Part shown: piece by piece, positions 50,643-60,213 of the stretch | How positions within the stretch are numbered: the first letter of the stretch is position 1 | Layout: each line of letters begins with the position of its first letter | NCBI GenBank assembly: GCA_963759165.1 | Contig: CAVWXK010000001.1 | Location: 3,137,497-3,201,496, forward strand | Length of the DNA: 64,000 nt | Source: an uncultured Pseudomonadota bacterium | GTDB lineage: Bacteria; Desulfobacterota; Binatia; Binatales; Binataceae | Reading direction: 5' to 3' | Translations under genes and position numbers: made by a program | Notes under the pieces: model-generated | Database searches by the model: none | Seen by the model: only the letters and a program-made list of their open reading frames with translations | What the model was told of the DNA's origin: nothing

Positions 50643-51259
50643 AGCAATTCCCCTCGCGCTTTTACGCGATGGTCGACCCGGCGGCCGGCCATGCACCGGC
50701 CGAACTCGCCCGAATCCTGCTCGCGGCGGGCGCCCGAATTCTGCAGCTTCGGCTGAAGGATGCCGGCGGCCGTGACTTCCTGGATGCCGCGAAGGCGATA
50801 GCCGCGATGTGTCGCAAGCATCGCGCCATGTTCATCGTCAACGATCGCCTCGATATCGCGATGATTGCCGGCGCCGACGGCGTTCATCTGGGCCAGGACG
50901 ACCTGCCGATCGCCGCCGCGCGAAGCGTCGCGGGCCGGCAGATGATAATCGGCATCTCAACCCACAGCCTCGAACAGGCGATCGAAGCTGAGCGCGCCGG
51001 GGCCGATTACATCGGCTTCGGCCCGATGTATCCCGGCGGCGCGAAGGAAACCCGTGTCGGTCAGGGGCTGAATAATCTGAAGGCGATACGCGCGGCGGTC
51101 AAGATTCCAATCGTGGCGATCGGCGGTATCACCGAGGCTGCGGTTCCCGAAGTGCTCGGCGCCGGCGCCGACGCGGCGGCGATTATCACCGACGTCGTGC
51201 GCGCGCGGAATATCCCATCGAAGGTCCGGGCCATCCTCGCGCTCGCGGATCGACGGTAA
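50639..51259 (+). CDS. thiE: thiamine-phosphate synthase
   Basis: FYAMVDP, LQLRLKD, FIVNDRLDIA, GVHLGQDD and VAIGGI motifs. 206 aa from ATG 50639, which forms an ATGA overlap with the alternative-frame stop of the regulator. Confidence 0.85.
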   Translation: MKQFPSRFYAMVDPAAGHAPAELARILLAAGARILQLRLKDAGGRDFLDAAKAIAAMCRKHRAMFIVNDRLDIAMIAGADGVHLGQDDLPIAAARSVAGRQMIIGISTHSLEQAIEAERAGADYIGFGPMYPGGAKETRVGQGLNNLKAIRAAVKIPIVAIGGITEAAVPEVLGAGADAAAIITDVVRARNIPSKVRAILALADRR

Positions 51260-51266
51260 CTCCCGG

Positions 51267-51740
51267 CTAAAACCAGTTCCAGCGAAAAGGATTCAGGGAG
51301 CTTACGGAATCGAGCGCCGTCTGCTGGGCGCCTTCGCGATGCACCTGGCCTGCCTGCCGCTCGCCTAGTTCGTTATTGGCGGCAACCTTGAGCCGTTCGA
51401 AACGCTGATAAGCCGCTTCGTCGCCTTCGAACATGCATCGGCAAAACTCCGGATCGGCGAACCAGTACCGGAAGTGGCCGTTGTCGATGTAATAGCGAAC
51501 CTGGTCGGGGACCGACGAACTGAGCTGCCCGAAATTCGCAACCTTTTCGCCCGAAACACGGCTGAACCCGGCTGACGACAGCGTTCCCTCGGTTTCAAGC
51601 GTGCGTTGCCGGACAACTTCTTTATGGGCCGTTTCGGGAACCGAACGAACGTCGGGCAACGAACGAATGAACGAACATCCTCCGGTTCCGATCGCGACAG
51701 CGAGACAGACCGCGACGGCAGCTAAAGGACGAATGATCAT
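51267..51740 (-). CDS. hypothetical lipoprotein
   Basis: Signal/lipobox MIIRPLAAVAVCLAVAIGTGGCS. No functional motif recognised. Confidence 0.55.
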   Translation of the reverse strand: MIIRPLAAVAVCLAVAIGTGGCSFIRSLPDVRSVPETAHKEVVRQRTLETEGTLSSAGFSRVSGEKVANFGQLSSSVPDQVRYYIDNGHFRYWFADPEFCRCMFEGDEAAYQRFERLKVAANNELGERQAGQVHREGAQQTALDSVSSLNPFRWNWF

Positions 51741-52064
51741 TTCTTTTCCGCGCGCGAGACGATACCCCATAGCCGCTGAAGCATACCATAATCGGAATCG
51801 GAACAAGCCAGGCATGCGCCACGGATTTTCGCGCCGCAAAGCTCTCCTGCTTTGGGCGACGCGGTCAGGGAAATTTCCCCCAAGTGTAGCGCTCGCGGAT
51901 GCCGGTCGGTTGCACTAAGCTTCCGCTATCGTCAGGGATTGCGGCGCAGTCCCGATAAGGGGGGCCTCATGGAAACGGAACTCACCGTTGGTTACGATCC
52001 CGGAACCAATTTCCCGTATCCCGTCCGTTCCTTATTCCCGCAAGATTCCCTGGAAGCCGCGGTT

Positions 52065-52757
52065 ATGAAGATGAAGAAGACATTGATTGTCACCCTGGCG
52101 CTGATGCTCGGGTTTTCGACCGTCGCCTGGGGCGGCGAAATCGCCGATACCGATCAAACCCCCTTCACCACTGGCGCTGAGTTTGCTAACCGGCCTTGGA
52201 ACGCCGCTAACATCGACGCGCTCCGTGCCTTGGACAAAGCTGTCATTTCGAAATTCTACGATACGGTACTAGAGTCGCCGGCCGGGGAGGGAGTGGAGAT
52301 GGGCGGTCTCGCTTGGGTGGATCTGGCGGGCGATGGAAAATACGAGATGCTGATAACCTGGGTATCTAGACACTGGGCTCATTTGGATATTTTTTGGCAG
52401 GACGCGCCAGGGAAGCTGAGGACGCAGTCGTTTGACGGTGCTAGCCCTGATCCTAACCAAACGATCGAAGATCTGAACGGCGACGGGAAGAAGGAACTGA
52501 TTCTCGGCTCCAAACTCGACTCGGACTTCCGTACACCTCTGCTACCAAGGCCCGTAGCCTCGTGGCCCCAGGTCTATCGCCTGCGGAATGGGCGCTACGT
52601 GGAGGCGAGTCGCGATTTTCCGCGCTTCTATGATACAGAGGTTCTGCCGGAGCTCGAAAAGGGCATCAGCGGAGGTCGCCGAGACGTCGCCGAACAGCAG
52701 GGCAAACCCAAGCCCACTCCTGGCCCAAATGCAGCTCCAACAACAGGTGGACGTTGA
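52065..52757 (+). CDS. secreted protein with FG-GAP/VCBS-like repeats
   Basis: Signal peptide MKMKKTLIVTLALMLGFSTVAWG. DLAGDGKYEMLI and DLNGDGKKELILG repeats. Confidence 0.55.
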   Translation: MKMKKTLIVTLALMLGFSTVAWGGEIADTDQTPFTTGAEFANRPWNAANIDALRALDKAVISKFYDTVLESPAGEGVEMGGLAWVDLAGDGKYEMLITWVSRHWAHLDIFWQDAPGKLRTQSFDGASPDPNQTIEDLNGDGKKELILGSKLDSDFRTPLLPRPVASWPQVYRLRNGRYVEASRDFPRFYDTEVLPELEKGISGGRRDVAEQQGKPKPTPGPNAAPTTGGR

Positions 52758-53013
52758 GTGGTTCGCCGCAGGGCGCGCCCTGGCGGTGGCGGTGATGGAG
52801 AGAGACAAGATTCTGCGTGTGCTCGGTCGCGACCCCAATGCGGGACTGGCGGAGGCGCGGGAATGGATGAAAAGCCCGGACCCGGAACTGGTGGAAGACG
52901 CGGTTGTGGTAGTCAAAGACATGGGAGGGCACCAGCAGGATCTGGAGACGGCGAAGGGCGCGCTGTTTCGCGTAAGGCCGTGGAAGGCGAAGCTGGAAGG
53001 AATGGGCAAATAA
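52729..53013 (+). CDS. hypothetical protein, or the frame-shifted C-terminal continuation of the preceding gene
   Basis: The coding-looking frame AEVAETSPNS..MQLQQQVDVEWFAAGRALAVAVMERDKILRVLGRDPNAG..KAKLEGMGK overlaps the end of 52065-52757. The first ATG in that frame after the overlap is 52729. Confidence 0.4.
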   Translation: MQLQQQVDVEWFAAGRALAVAVMERDKILRVLGRDPNAGLAEAREWMKSPDPELVEDAVVVVKDMGGHQQDLETAKGALFRVRPWKAKLEGMGK

Positions 53014-53141
53014 AAACCGGCCGCCTCTCCCTATCCCGTCGCCCACTATCCCCGCAAAGGGCGACGGCAGGGTGTTGATAAAATAAGGCGTCGGATTCCG
53101 AAATGGAGTCGACGGCAGTCTCAACACCCCGCCAGGGCCGA

Positions 53142-53444
53142 TTACGCGGAGGCGCTTCTGCCCTTCTCTTCTTCCTTCTCGATCTGGAAGAGATTACGGG
53201 CGAAGCTGGCGGAGTTTTCCACCAACTGCTCAGTCAGGGCCTTCTGCGCGTCGAAGATCGCCGCGAGCGGGGTTTCTTTGGCCCAACTCGTGGACTTCTC
53301 CTGCAGGCTCAAGCCCTCTTTGGCCAGGCTCTCGGTGGTATCGATGTACCAGGCCGCGATTCGCTTGGCATTGCTGGACCATGAAGCGTTCAGCTCTGAC
53401 AGATTGCAAAACGCGGACAGCGTCTCTTTCTTTGCCTTTTCCAT
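53142..53444 (-). CDS. putative phasin / PHA-granule-associated protein
   Basis: 100-aa helical amphipathic protein immediately downstream of phaC. Start placed at MEKAKKETL. Confidence 0.45.
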   Translation of the reverse strand: MEKAKKETLSAFCNLSELNASWSSNAKRIAAWYIDTTESLAKEGLSLQEKSTSWAKETPLAAIFDAQKALTEQLVENSASFARNLFQIEKEEEKGRSASA

Positions 53445-53585
53445 TGGTTCTTCTCTCCTATTGCGGCGTGTTTTTCGCCGACTTGTTGGGTTTTTGATCA
53501 TTCTGATTGCTCCGTGCTCGCGCTCCGATCGGCGCGACCGGCAAAGCTCATTATTGATTCCGATTCCGTTCCACCGCTGAGCGCC

Positions 53586-54659
53586 TCAGTTATCGTGGCT
53601 GGCGAGCCATGTCGCCACCTGGGGCCAGAGCTTTTTCTGGGCGGCGCCGCTTACCGCGACGCCAACGTGCCCGGTCGGAAAAACGATATTCTTTTTGTCA
53701 CGGCTGCCGATCAAATCAATCAACGGCAGACTGGACTTGGGATGCACCACGTCGTCCCATTCGGCCACGACGTTCAGCACCGGACAGGTGATATTTTTGA
53801 GATCGACCGTCCGGCCTCCGACGCTGAGTTTGCTCTGCGCGAGCAGGTTCTGCTTGAAAACGTCCCCGATTACCTCGCGGAAAAGCTGCCCGGCCAACGG
53901 GACATCGGCGTTCATCCAGCGCTCGAACAGCTCGAACATCCCGGCGTAAGCCTCATTTTCACGGTTGCGGTAGAGGCCGACGAATTTGTCCAGGGCGTGA
54001 TGCACCGGCGACATCGCGGTAAATCCCGCGTTCACGAACCAGGCCGGGCAGTTGCCGTAGACCGTGGTGATCAACTCGACGGTCTCGCGGCTCAGATGAT
54101 CCATCATGCCGTAGAGCGGGATCTCCCTGACGCCCATGTCGAGCGGCAAGGTGAGACCGACAAGGTTCTTGATGTTCTCGGGATGAAGCGCGGCGTAGAT
54201 CACCGACAGCATCCCGCCGAAGCAGTAGCCCAGCAGCGAGACCTGATCTACCTGCTCCCGGACTTGCACCGCGCGCACCGCGTTGGCGAGATCCTGATTG
54301 ACGTAGGCGTCGAAGCCGCGCCAACTGTCCGCACGCGAAGGCGGAATCCAATCGATAAGGTAAACGTCGAAGCCCTGCCTGGTTAGCGTCTCGACTACGC
54401 TGCGTCCGGGCAGAAGATCCAGAATGAAAGGTCGCTTGATCAGCGCGTAGGCCAGAACTATGGGCGTGCGATGCCGCGTGCCCTCCGCCCGATAATGGCG
54501 CAGCCGCACCTTGCCGCCCTCGTAAACCACGGTGTAGGGAGTGACTCCGGGCGGATCTTCATTTGTCGGATAGGCGTCGCTGAAGCCCCGACGTAAGCCG
54601 TCGAAGGTCCGAATCGCGCCTTCCATCCAATATTGCGGAAGTTGGGTCAGTAGTGACAT
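53586..54659 (-). CDS. phaC: class III/IV-type poly(R)-hydroxyalkanoate synthase PhaC
   Basis: 357 aa alpha/beta hydrolase with the lipase-box variant GYCFGG. The size and the small partner gene upstream fit a two-subunit synthase. Confidence 0.8.
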   Translation of the reverse strand: MSLLTQLPQYWMEGAIRTFDGLRRGFSDAYPTNEDPPGVTPYTVVYEGGKVRLRHYRAEGTRHRTPIVLAYALIKRPFILDLLPGRSVVETLTRQGFDVYLIDWIPPSRADSWRGFDAYVNQDLANAVRAVQVREQVDQVSLLGYCFGGMLSVIYAALHPENIKNLVGLTLPLDMGVREIPLYGMMDHLSRETVELITTVYGNCPAWFVNAGFTAMSPVHHALDKFVGLYRNRENEAYAGMFELFERWMNADVPLAGQLFREVIGDVFKQNLLAQSKLSVGGRTVDLKNITCPVLNVVAEWDDVVHPKSSLPLIDLIGSRDKKNIVFPTGHVGVAVSGAAQKKLWPQVATWLASHDN

Positions 54660-54703
54660 CGTCGTTAGCCAAGCCTCGTTGCGTGCGCTGGAATGCGCTT
54701 CAT

Positions 54704-55195
54704 CTATGCCGCGGCCTTTTCGTGCCAGGCCTGAAGTCTCGCATCCAGCACCCGCATCACATCTTCTTCGCGCGCCTCGATTTCTTCTTTGGCCTTCTCG
54801 GGCAGGGCCGCGATCAAGCCGCGGAACTCAAGCCGCAGCCCTTGCAGTTCGAGTCGTATCGCCTGCACCTCGGATGAAGCCGGCAATCCGACCGCCGACC
54901 ACAATCCGGCGAAGACCGCCCCGGCCATCGAGTCGGCAAGCCGTCGCAACTGCAGAAACGGCGGTAACGCGCGTGCAATCGAAGCGCCAAGGAAGGGATT
55001 GGCAAACAGCCTGTTGGTCGAATAATTGGCCAGACGCACAAAAGTGTCGTAAGCCTTCCAGGCGACCTGTTCTAGCTCGTTGTCCCTGGCAATCCCCAGA
55101 CTTAGCTTCGATCCCGCCACCGGCAGTTCGATAAAAAGGGTTTTGTACAGAGCCACCAGCTCCTGCACGCCCTGGGTTTTGGTATCGGAATTCAT
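54704..55195 (-). CDS. putative PHA synthase partner subunit (short PhaE/PhaR-like)
   Basis: 163-aa helical protein 44 nt upstream of phaC on the same strand. The call rests on context only. Confidence 0.35.
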   Translation of the reverse strand: MNSDTKTQGVQELVALYKTLFIELPVAGSKLSLGIARDNELEQVAWKAYDTFVRLANYSTNRLFANPFLGASIARALPPFLQLRRLADSMAGAVFAGLWSAVGLPASSEVQAIRLELQGLRLEFRGLIAALPEKAKEEIEAREEDVMRVLDARLQAWHEKAAA

Positions 55196-55475
55196 TTTAT
55201 GTCCCAGACTGCTTAGGTCGATTAATTGTTGCTGATACTGCGAAACGTGACTTTAAACGTATTCTAATTCCGGAGCCGATCAATCTTTTGACCCGTCGCG
55301 CCGGGTCACTTAGGTGACGAAACAATCAGATACTCCACAAACAAGACGGTTTTATGTCTCTTTGGTGACAATTATGAGAAAAAAAGGCCCTTGTCCCATC
55401 CCGAGAGTTTGTGAATTTTCCGAAGGAGGAGAGGCGATAAAGCCGCCCCTGGGGTTTTACGCAGACTCTGTGTGT

Positions 55476-55560
55476 GTCGTTCCGAGCGCAGCGAGGAATT
55501 CCGGATGGGGCTTAGGGATCGAGAACCTTCCGCGGGATTCCTGGTCGCCCCCAGAACGAC
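55476..55560. repeat. family-1 inverted pair (hairpin module)
   Basis: gtcgttccgagcgcagcgaggaattccgg .. ccgcgggattcctggtcgcccccagaacgac. Confidence 0.65.
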
Positions 55561-55616
55561 AAGCGCACCGCGCGTGCCCGGCATGCGTTATCGGAACTTG
55601 CTAGACCGGATTCCTG

Positions 55617-56600
55617 CTAGAGCAACGACACGGCCCGACTCGCGACAATCCTGAAGCCCAGCGAAGCCATCTCGCCGATCGCGCCGCACCAACCCGGCTT
55701 CTCAGGCGCAATCGCGGTTTCACCGGCAACATCGATTCCATGGGCGTTCACAGCCCGCTCAAACAATTCGCGCCCGAGCTCGTACAACTCCATATCAAAG
55801 CGGTTGCGCCGCTCGATCTCCACCAAAACGCGCGGCTCGAAGCTGTCTCGTCTGGGACGGTCCCGCGACAATCGATAGTTCGAATAGGAACTCCGCTTCC
55901 ATCCGAACATATGGCGGAGCAAAACCAGGCCCTCCGCGAACCGTTCCGTCAGACCGACGAAGCTGAACGCCTGGAGAAGATTGGACTTTGCCGTCGCGAG
56001 AGTATCCGGATTGCTGTAGCGATCCACCTCGGGATCGGGCGGCCGAGCGCCCGGCCGCGCGGTGCTTCTGAAAATCGCGGCCGGCCGGTATTCGCCCAAC
56101 TCGAGTCCCGCGAGCACCTTGCACTGAAGATTGTTGTTCCAGGGAGTTAAATCGAGGAACGAGAGCAGATCGAGTTTTTCCCGGACTATGCGCTTATGAA
56201 AGGTGGTTAGCCGATCTCCTCTGGCAAAGTAATACGCGGATATAGCCCGCTCCACCGGATGCCGCAGAAAGGTTATATACGTTGCCGGCCTCGGCACAAA
56301 CTCGTGCAATCCGAAACTCATATGTCCCTTGACGACACGCAGGGCGACGCGCCTTCGTTCGGACAGATGCTTGAAGTGCCTGAGCGACCATTCAACCCGT
56401 CTGCCCTCGATCGTGTAAATCCGGAACGGATTATATTGCCGTTCGATAATCCGATTCAGAGTAGTCCCGGCGGTTTTCGGAATATGCAGAAACAGGAGCG
56501 TCTTCTCCCGCAGAGCCGCGACGGCGTCGGGGGTGAGCATCTGGCCCGACGGCAGATCCCCGCCAGAATCCGGCTTCAGGTTCGGCTCACTCACGGTCAT
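55617..56600 (-). CDS. sulfotransferase family protein
   Basis: PAPS 5'-phosphosulfate-binding loop LFLHIPKTAGTTL, and the RHPVERAISAY motif typical of family-2 sulfotransferases. Confidence 0.65.
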   Translation of the reverse strand: MTVSEPNLKPDSGGDLPSGQMLTPDAVAALREKTLLFLHIPKTAGTTLNRIIERQYNPFRIYTIEGRRVEWSLRHFKHLSERRRVALRVVKGHMSFGLHEFVPRPATYITFLRHPVERAISAYYFARGDRLTTFHKRIVREKLDLLSFLDLTPWNNNLQCKVLAGLELGEYRPAAIFRSTARPGARPPDPEVDRYSNPDTLATAKSNLLQAFSFVGLTERFAEGLVLLRHMFGWKRSSYSNYRLSRDRPRRDSFEPRVLVEIERRNRFDMELYELGRELFERAVNAHGIDVAGETAIAPEKPGWCGAIGEMASLGFRIVASRAVSLL

Positions 56601-56744
56601 AAAGCCTTCGACGCGGCCCTACGTGCCGCGATACCCGGTTCCCACTCCGGCCAATAGCCATCAACAGCCATTCCGCGAAGCTGAAAGATTGGCACACTAT
56701 CGTCGTCCATCCGGTCGCGGCGCCTTAAAAGCGGCGCCGTACCT

Positions 56745-59700
56745 TTAAGGCCTGACTGTGGGCGGTCTAGCCGGTTCATTTCCTTCCTGTTCCAGCTCTT
56801 GAACCTGCTCCAAACCGGTGTTTGGACCCTCGAGCAGGACCACCTTGGACTTGTGACTTTGAAAAACGATGCGCCCCTTCTGTCGCACATACTCGGCGAC
56901 CAGAGGATCAATGGGATCGTCCGCAGGCACCTGAACCAGCCAAAGGCGGCGATAACGAGTCCTCATCTGCTCCAGTTCTTCCAGACCGCGAATCGTCGGA
57001 CGGCCGCGAAACTTGTCGATGAACGGCGGCTCCGCAAAGCCGCCGTCGTAAGTCAACTTCTTCGAAAGCATGGTGCAGGTGGAGTAGTCCGCATCTATCC
57101 CCGCGTAAAACTCGAAAATATGCGGAATGGTTACTATCAACCCATCCCCCGGAGACCAGTGTCGGGCTACGAACTGAGCAGCACCGCGATAATCAGTCTT
57201 GTAAATACCGTAGCGCCCACCGACAATCGGAATATCCGGGTTAATCGAAAGACGATACGTCTTGAGTACAACACCGTTCGCGCTCATCACCAGCAGGACC
57301 AGCAGGGCAGCCGACGCTTCCCATTTTATCATTCGCAGCCAGCGCGGCGGATTTCCGAGATCGAGAGACGAGACCCGATCGCGGAGTTTGAACAGAATGG
57401 CCACGGACAGCAGCATGATCAAGGTATGATAATTACAGGAATAGCGGACGGTATAGGCCGGCAGGAATCCCGTATAGCAAATCAGCAGCGCGGAGAGCAT
57501 GACGGCCATGTAACGAATCCCGCGATCACGGCAGCAAAACCACACGCCGAAAACGATCACGAGCGTCATCGCATAGAAGTTCTCCTGCAACAGGCAGTTA
57601 TGGATGTAATAGGCCGGGTTGTAGGTGGTTGGATCCAGATAAACCAGCTGCGGAGTACTGACATCGGCGAGGCTCACCCCGATCTGCAGATAGGGCGGCA
57701 TCGAAGCGAATTGGCGATGGATTAGTTGTGCGAGTACGGCGCAACTTACGAGGAAGAAACAGCGCCATAAGTGCCAGTCCCCTATCCAGTCGTATTCGCC
57801 CCATTTCACGGCGAACATACACAAGAGCATCGCGGGAATCAGAAATCCGGAACCTTCCCACGAGAGATAGGTTAATACAAGAGTTATCGATGCGGCAGTC
57901 AGGTATTTGCGATGAATCGGACGAGTGCGAATGGCCTCATAAAAGCACCAGAACGTTATCAGCGCCAGCATCTGTTCCTGCGCCGGGTAAAAGGCATTGC
58001 GGCTCCACCAGATCGTACTGGGGAAGAAGGTGTAAATAACCGCCGCGGTCAGTCCTACACGCCAGTCAACCAGGCGATAACCTACCCAGGCGATGAGAGC
58101 GATCATGAGCGTGCCGAAGAACAGCGAGGGAAGCCGGAACGCGGTCTCGCTGGTTCCAAACAAGGCCCTGGAAGCGGCGATCGTGTAGGAAATGAGTTCG
58201 TAGGTTGTGGCGGTTTTGGTGAAACTGCCGAGCTGGATGAAGGGATATCCCGCCTGCAAGACACCATCAGAGTAATGGATGACTCCGAACTCATCAACGT
58301 CCAAAGAGACGGCGGTCAGATGAGGAGCGCGCAAGCCGAGGCCCACCAAAACCAGCACACCGACGGCCGCGACCGCCCAAAACCGACTCAGTCCACGTTT
58401 GGGCTGACTCTGTTTCGACACGGAAGGGTCCGCTTCGAAACCCGACCTGCTATGGAAAATAAGCAGTATTTTGGCGAGCAGCAGAAAAAGGATCAGTCCC
58501 GCGATAATGGCCAGCGTAAAACACCAATCAGGATCGAACCTTACATCGTATGCGAGCAGCAGCAGCAATAGTGCGGGGCCAATGACCGCGAGATGCAGCA
58601 GCGCATCGGCGTTAAGGAAGTGGGCTAAGGGTTGACCGCTGATGTTCGCGCACAGAGATGACGTTGCCATCCATAGAATAATCAGAATGGCGAGTGTGGT
58701 TGTTATCAGAGAAGTCCAAAGCAGAATTTCGCTCAGGTCCTGAAGCGGCTCGGACGGGAGATTCTCACGAATCGCCTGGGGTAAGACTCCCCAGGGCGAA
58801 TCGCCGTAGGCGGCCAAAACGCGCACGTCCTTTAGCGCTCCGGTCTCGGGGCCGTTGTTGAGGATGGTCTTCCAACTGGTGTCGGTGCCGAACCTCTCAA
58901 TACCACCGTTCGGCAGATCTCTCACGAACTCGGCCAGTAATGCGACCGGTCCGCTTTCAGGCCGAACTTTGCAAACTACAAGATTGTCCCCGAACCTTAA
59001 CCAGGGGCTGATATCGTAAATCAGCAGAACCGGCGTCGCGAACATCGGCCGGGCCTTGGACGCGGGAGCAGGGGGAAGCGAAGACGGCTGAGGAAGCGCG
59101 GAAAAGGGAAGACTGTATCCCAGCCGCTGCGGTGTGGTTATGGTCGGCTCGATCGACGGTCCGCCCAAACTCCCGAGCGTGTTGTCCAGCGCCGCGCCGG
59201 GAGTTTGGAACGCCTGACTCCCATAGGGAGAACGGCCGGACAGCACAGCGATCGGAGAGGTGGTCGGTGGCTGGATAGACAGCAGGTCGGGCGCCTCGGT
59301 TGAAGGCCCGAACTCAGGCTCGCGCGCGCCGAAACCAGACTTGGGGGTTTTCGAATTGCCGTAGCCCAAAGACAGCTCGAGCAATCCCAGGTCCACTGTT
59401 TGCGTAAATGCGAGACGCCCATTGATAATGATGTCGTAAGGTCCGGTGGCGGCAACGCGCATCCACCTCTGCTCGGGCATCAGGCCGTTGAGCTTCAAAT
59501 GATAAACAAACGATGCGCTCTGCGCGCCGAGATGTGAAGGTTCGATCCACTTGGCGGTCGGCCGCGTCTGGAGCAACCGCGGATCGAAGCTGATGGATTG
59601 CATCGTGGAAATCCGCTCATCGTTCGCGACCTCTCGGGCGTAAGCCCAGGAGGAATCATCCAGCTCACGGGCCGACCACTGGTAACCTCCCACGATTCCG

Positions 59701-60209
59701 TCCGGCGTGCCTGACGTTTTCCAGCTGGCGTCCGACACGAATTCGAGCAGCGGAGAGCCGGGGGACGAATAGAATCCCCGCACCAGAATCTGGCTCGAAC
59801 CGGGAAACGAGACCCGATTCACGTGAATCGCCAAAACGTTTTTTCCGGGCCTCAGAAAAGCCGCGATCTCATAAACGTTTGAGATTCGCGCGCCCACCAG
59901 CCACCGTTGTGGAAACTTGAAATCGTTTACGTACAGATCGTAGTTGTCGGTTGCCGCGATCTGTACCCAGGCACGGTCGATGCGATCCGGGATGTAGATG
60001 TCCTTGCGAAAATAGCCGCTCTGAGATCCGGTGGGAGGTTCGATCCAGGAGGCCGCGCCAAAATCGAGCTGGTACGATTTTGGGAGCGGATCGATCGCGG
60101 TTCGACCGACGAAATAGGCAAGGACGAAAGCGCACGCGACCACCAACGCGAGCGACAATCTGCCGTCCCTGGTTCTCAAATAATCGATGAAACTATCGCC
60201 GCGCATCAT
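56745..60209 (-). CDS. large membrane protein (~1155 aa): two galactose-binding-like beta-sandwich modules fused to a GT-C (ArnT/PMT-like) glycosyltransferase core
   Basis: N-terminal TM helix. Repeated pattern YFRKDIY..RAWVQIAATDNYDLYVNDF and FVYHLKL..RWMRVAATGPYDIIINGR. More than 10 TM helices with first-loop LDVDEFGVIHYSDG..GYPF, typical of GT39/GT83. C-terminal soluble domain. Confidence 0.5.
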   Translation of the reverse strand: MMRGDSFIDYLRTRDGRLSLALVVACAFVLAYFVGRTAIDPLPKSYQLDFGAASWIEPPTGSQSGYFRKDIYIPDRIDRAWVQIAATDNYDLYVNDFKFPQRWLVGARISNVYEIAAFLRPGKNVLAIHVNRVSFPGSSQILVRGFYSSPGSPLLEFVSDASWKTSGTPDGIVGGYQWSARELDDSSWAYAREVANDERISTMQSISFDPRLLQTRPTAKWIEPSHLGAQSASFVYHLKLNGLMPEQRWMRVAATGPYDIIINGRLAFTQTVDLGLLELSLGYGNSKTPKSGFGAREPEFGPSTEAPDLLSIQPPTTSPIAVLSGRSPYGSQAFQTPGAALDNTLGSLGGPSIEPTITTPQRLGYSLPFSALPQPSSLPPAPASKARPMFATPVLLIYDISPWLRFGDNLVVCKVRPESGPVALLAEFVRDLPNGGIERFGTDTSWKTILNNGPETGALKDVRVLAAYGDSPWGVLPQAIRENLPSEPLQDLSEILLWTSLITTTLAILIILWMATSSLCANISGQPLAHFLNADALLHLAVIGPALLLLLLAYDVRFDPDWCFTLAIIAGLILFLLLAKILLIFHSRSGFEADPSVSKQSQPKRGLSRFWAVAAVGVLVLVGLGLRAPHLTAVSLDVDEFGVIHYSDGVLQAGYPFIQLGSFTKTATTYELISYTIAASRALFGTSETAFRLPSLFFGTLMIALIAWVGYRLVDWRVGLTAAVIYTFFPSTIWWSRNAFYPAQEQMLALITFWCFYEAIRTRPIHRKYLTAASITLVLTYLSWEGSGFLIPAMLLCMFAVKWGEYDWIGDWHLWRCFFLVSCAVLAQLIHRQFASMPPYLQIGVSLADVSTPQLVYLDPTTYNPAYYIHNCLLQENFYAMTLVIVFGVWFCCRDRGIRYMAVMLSALLICYTGFLPAYTVRYSCNYHTLIMLLSVAILFKLRDRVSSLDLGNPPRWLRMIKWEASAALLVLLVMSANGVVLKTYRLSINPDIPIVGGRYGIYKTDYRGAAQFVARHWSPGDGLIVTIPHIFEFYAGIDADYSTCTMLSKKLTYDGGFAEPPFIDKFRGRPTIRGLEELEQMRTRYRRLWLVQVPADDPIDPLVAEYVRQKGRIVFQSHKSKVVLLEGPNTGLEQVQELEQEGNEPARPPTVRP

Positions 60210-60213
60210 AAAC

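Noticed and set aside
49385-50887. 500-aa minus-strand ORF
   Set aside because: It is antisense to the NtrC-like/thiE coding region, which carries unmistakable AAA+ and ThiE motifs.
55314-55604. 96-aa plus-strand ORF in the long gap after the sulfotransferase gene
   Set aside because: About a third of it is encoded by the family-1 repeat hairpin, and it has no RBS or motif. Likely non-coding.
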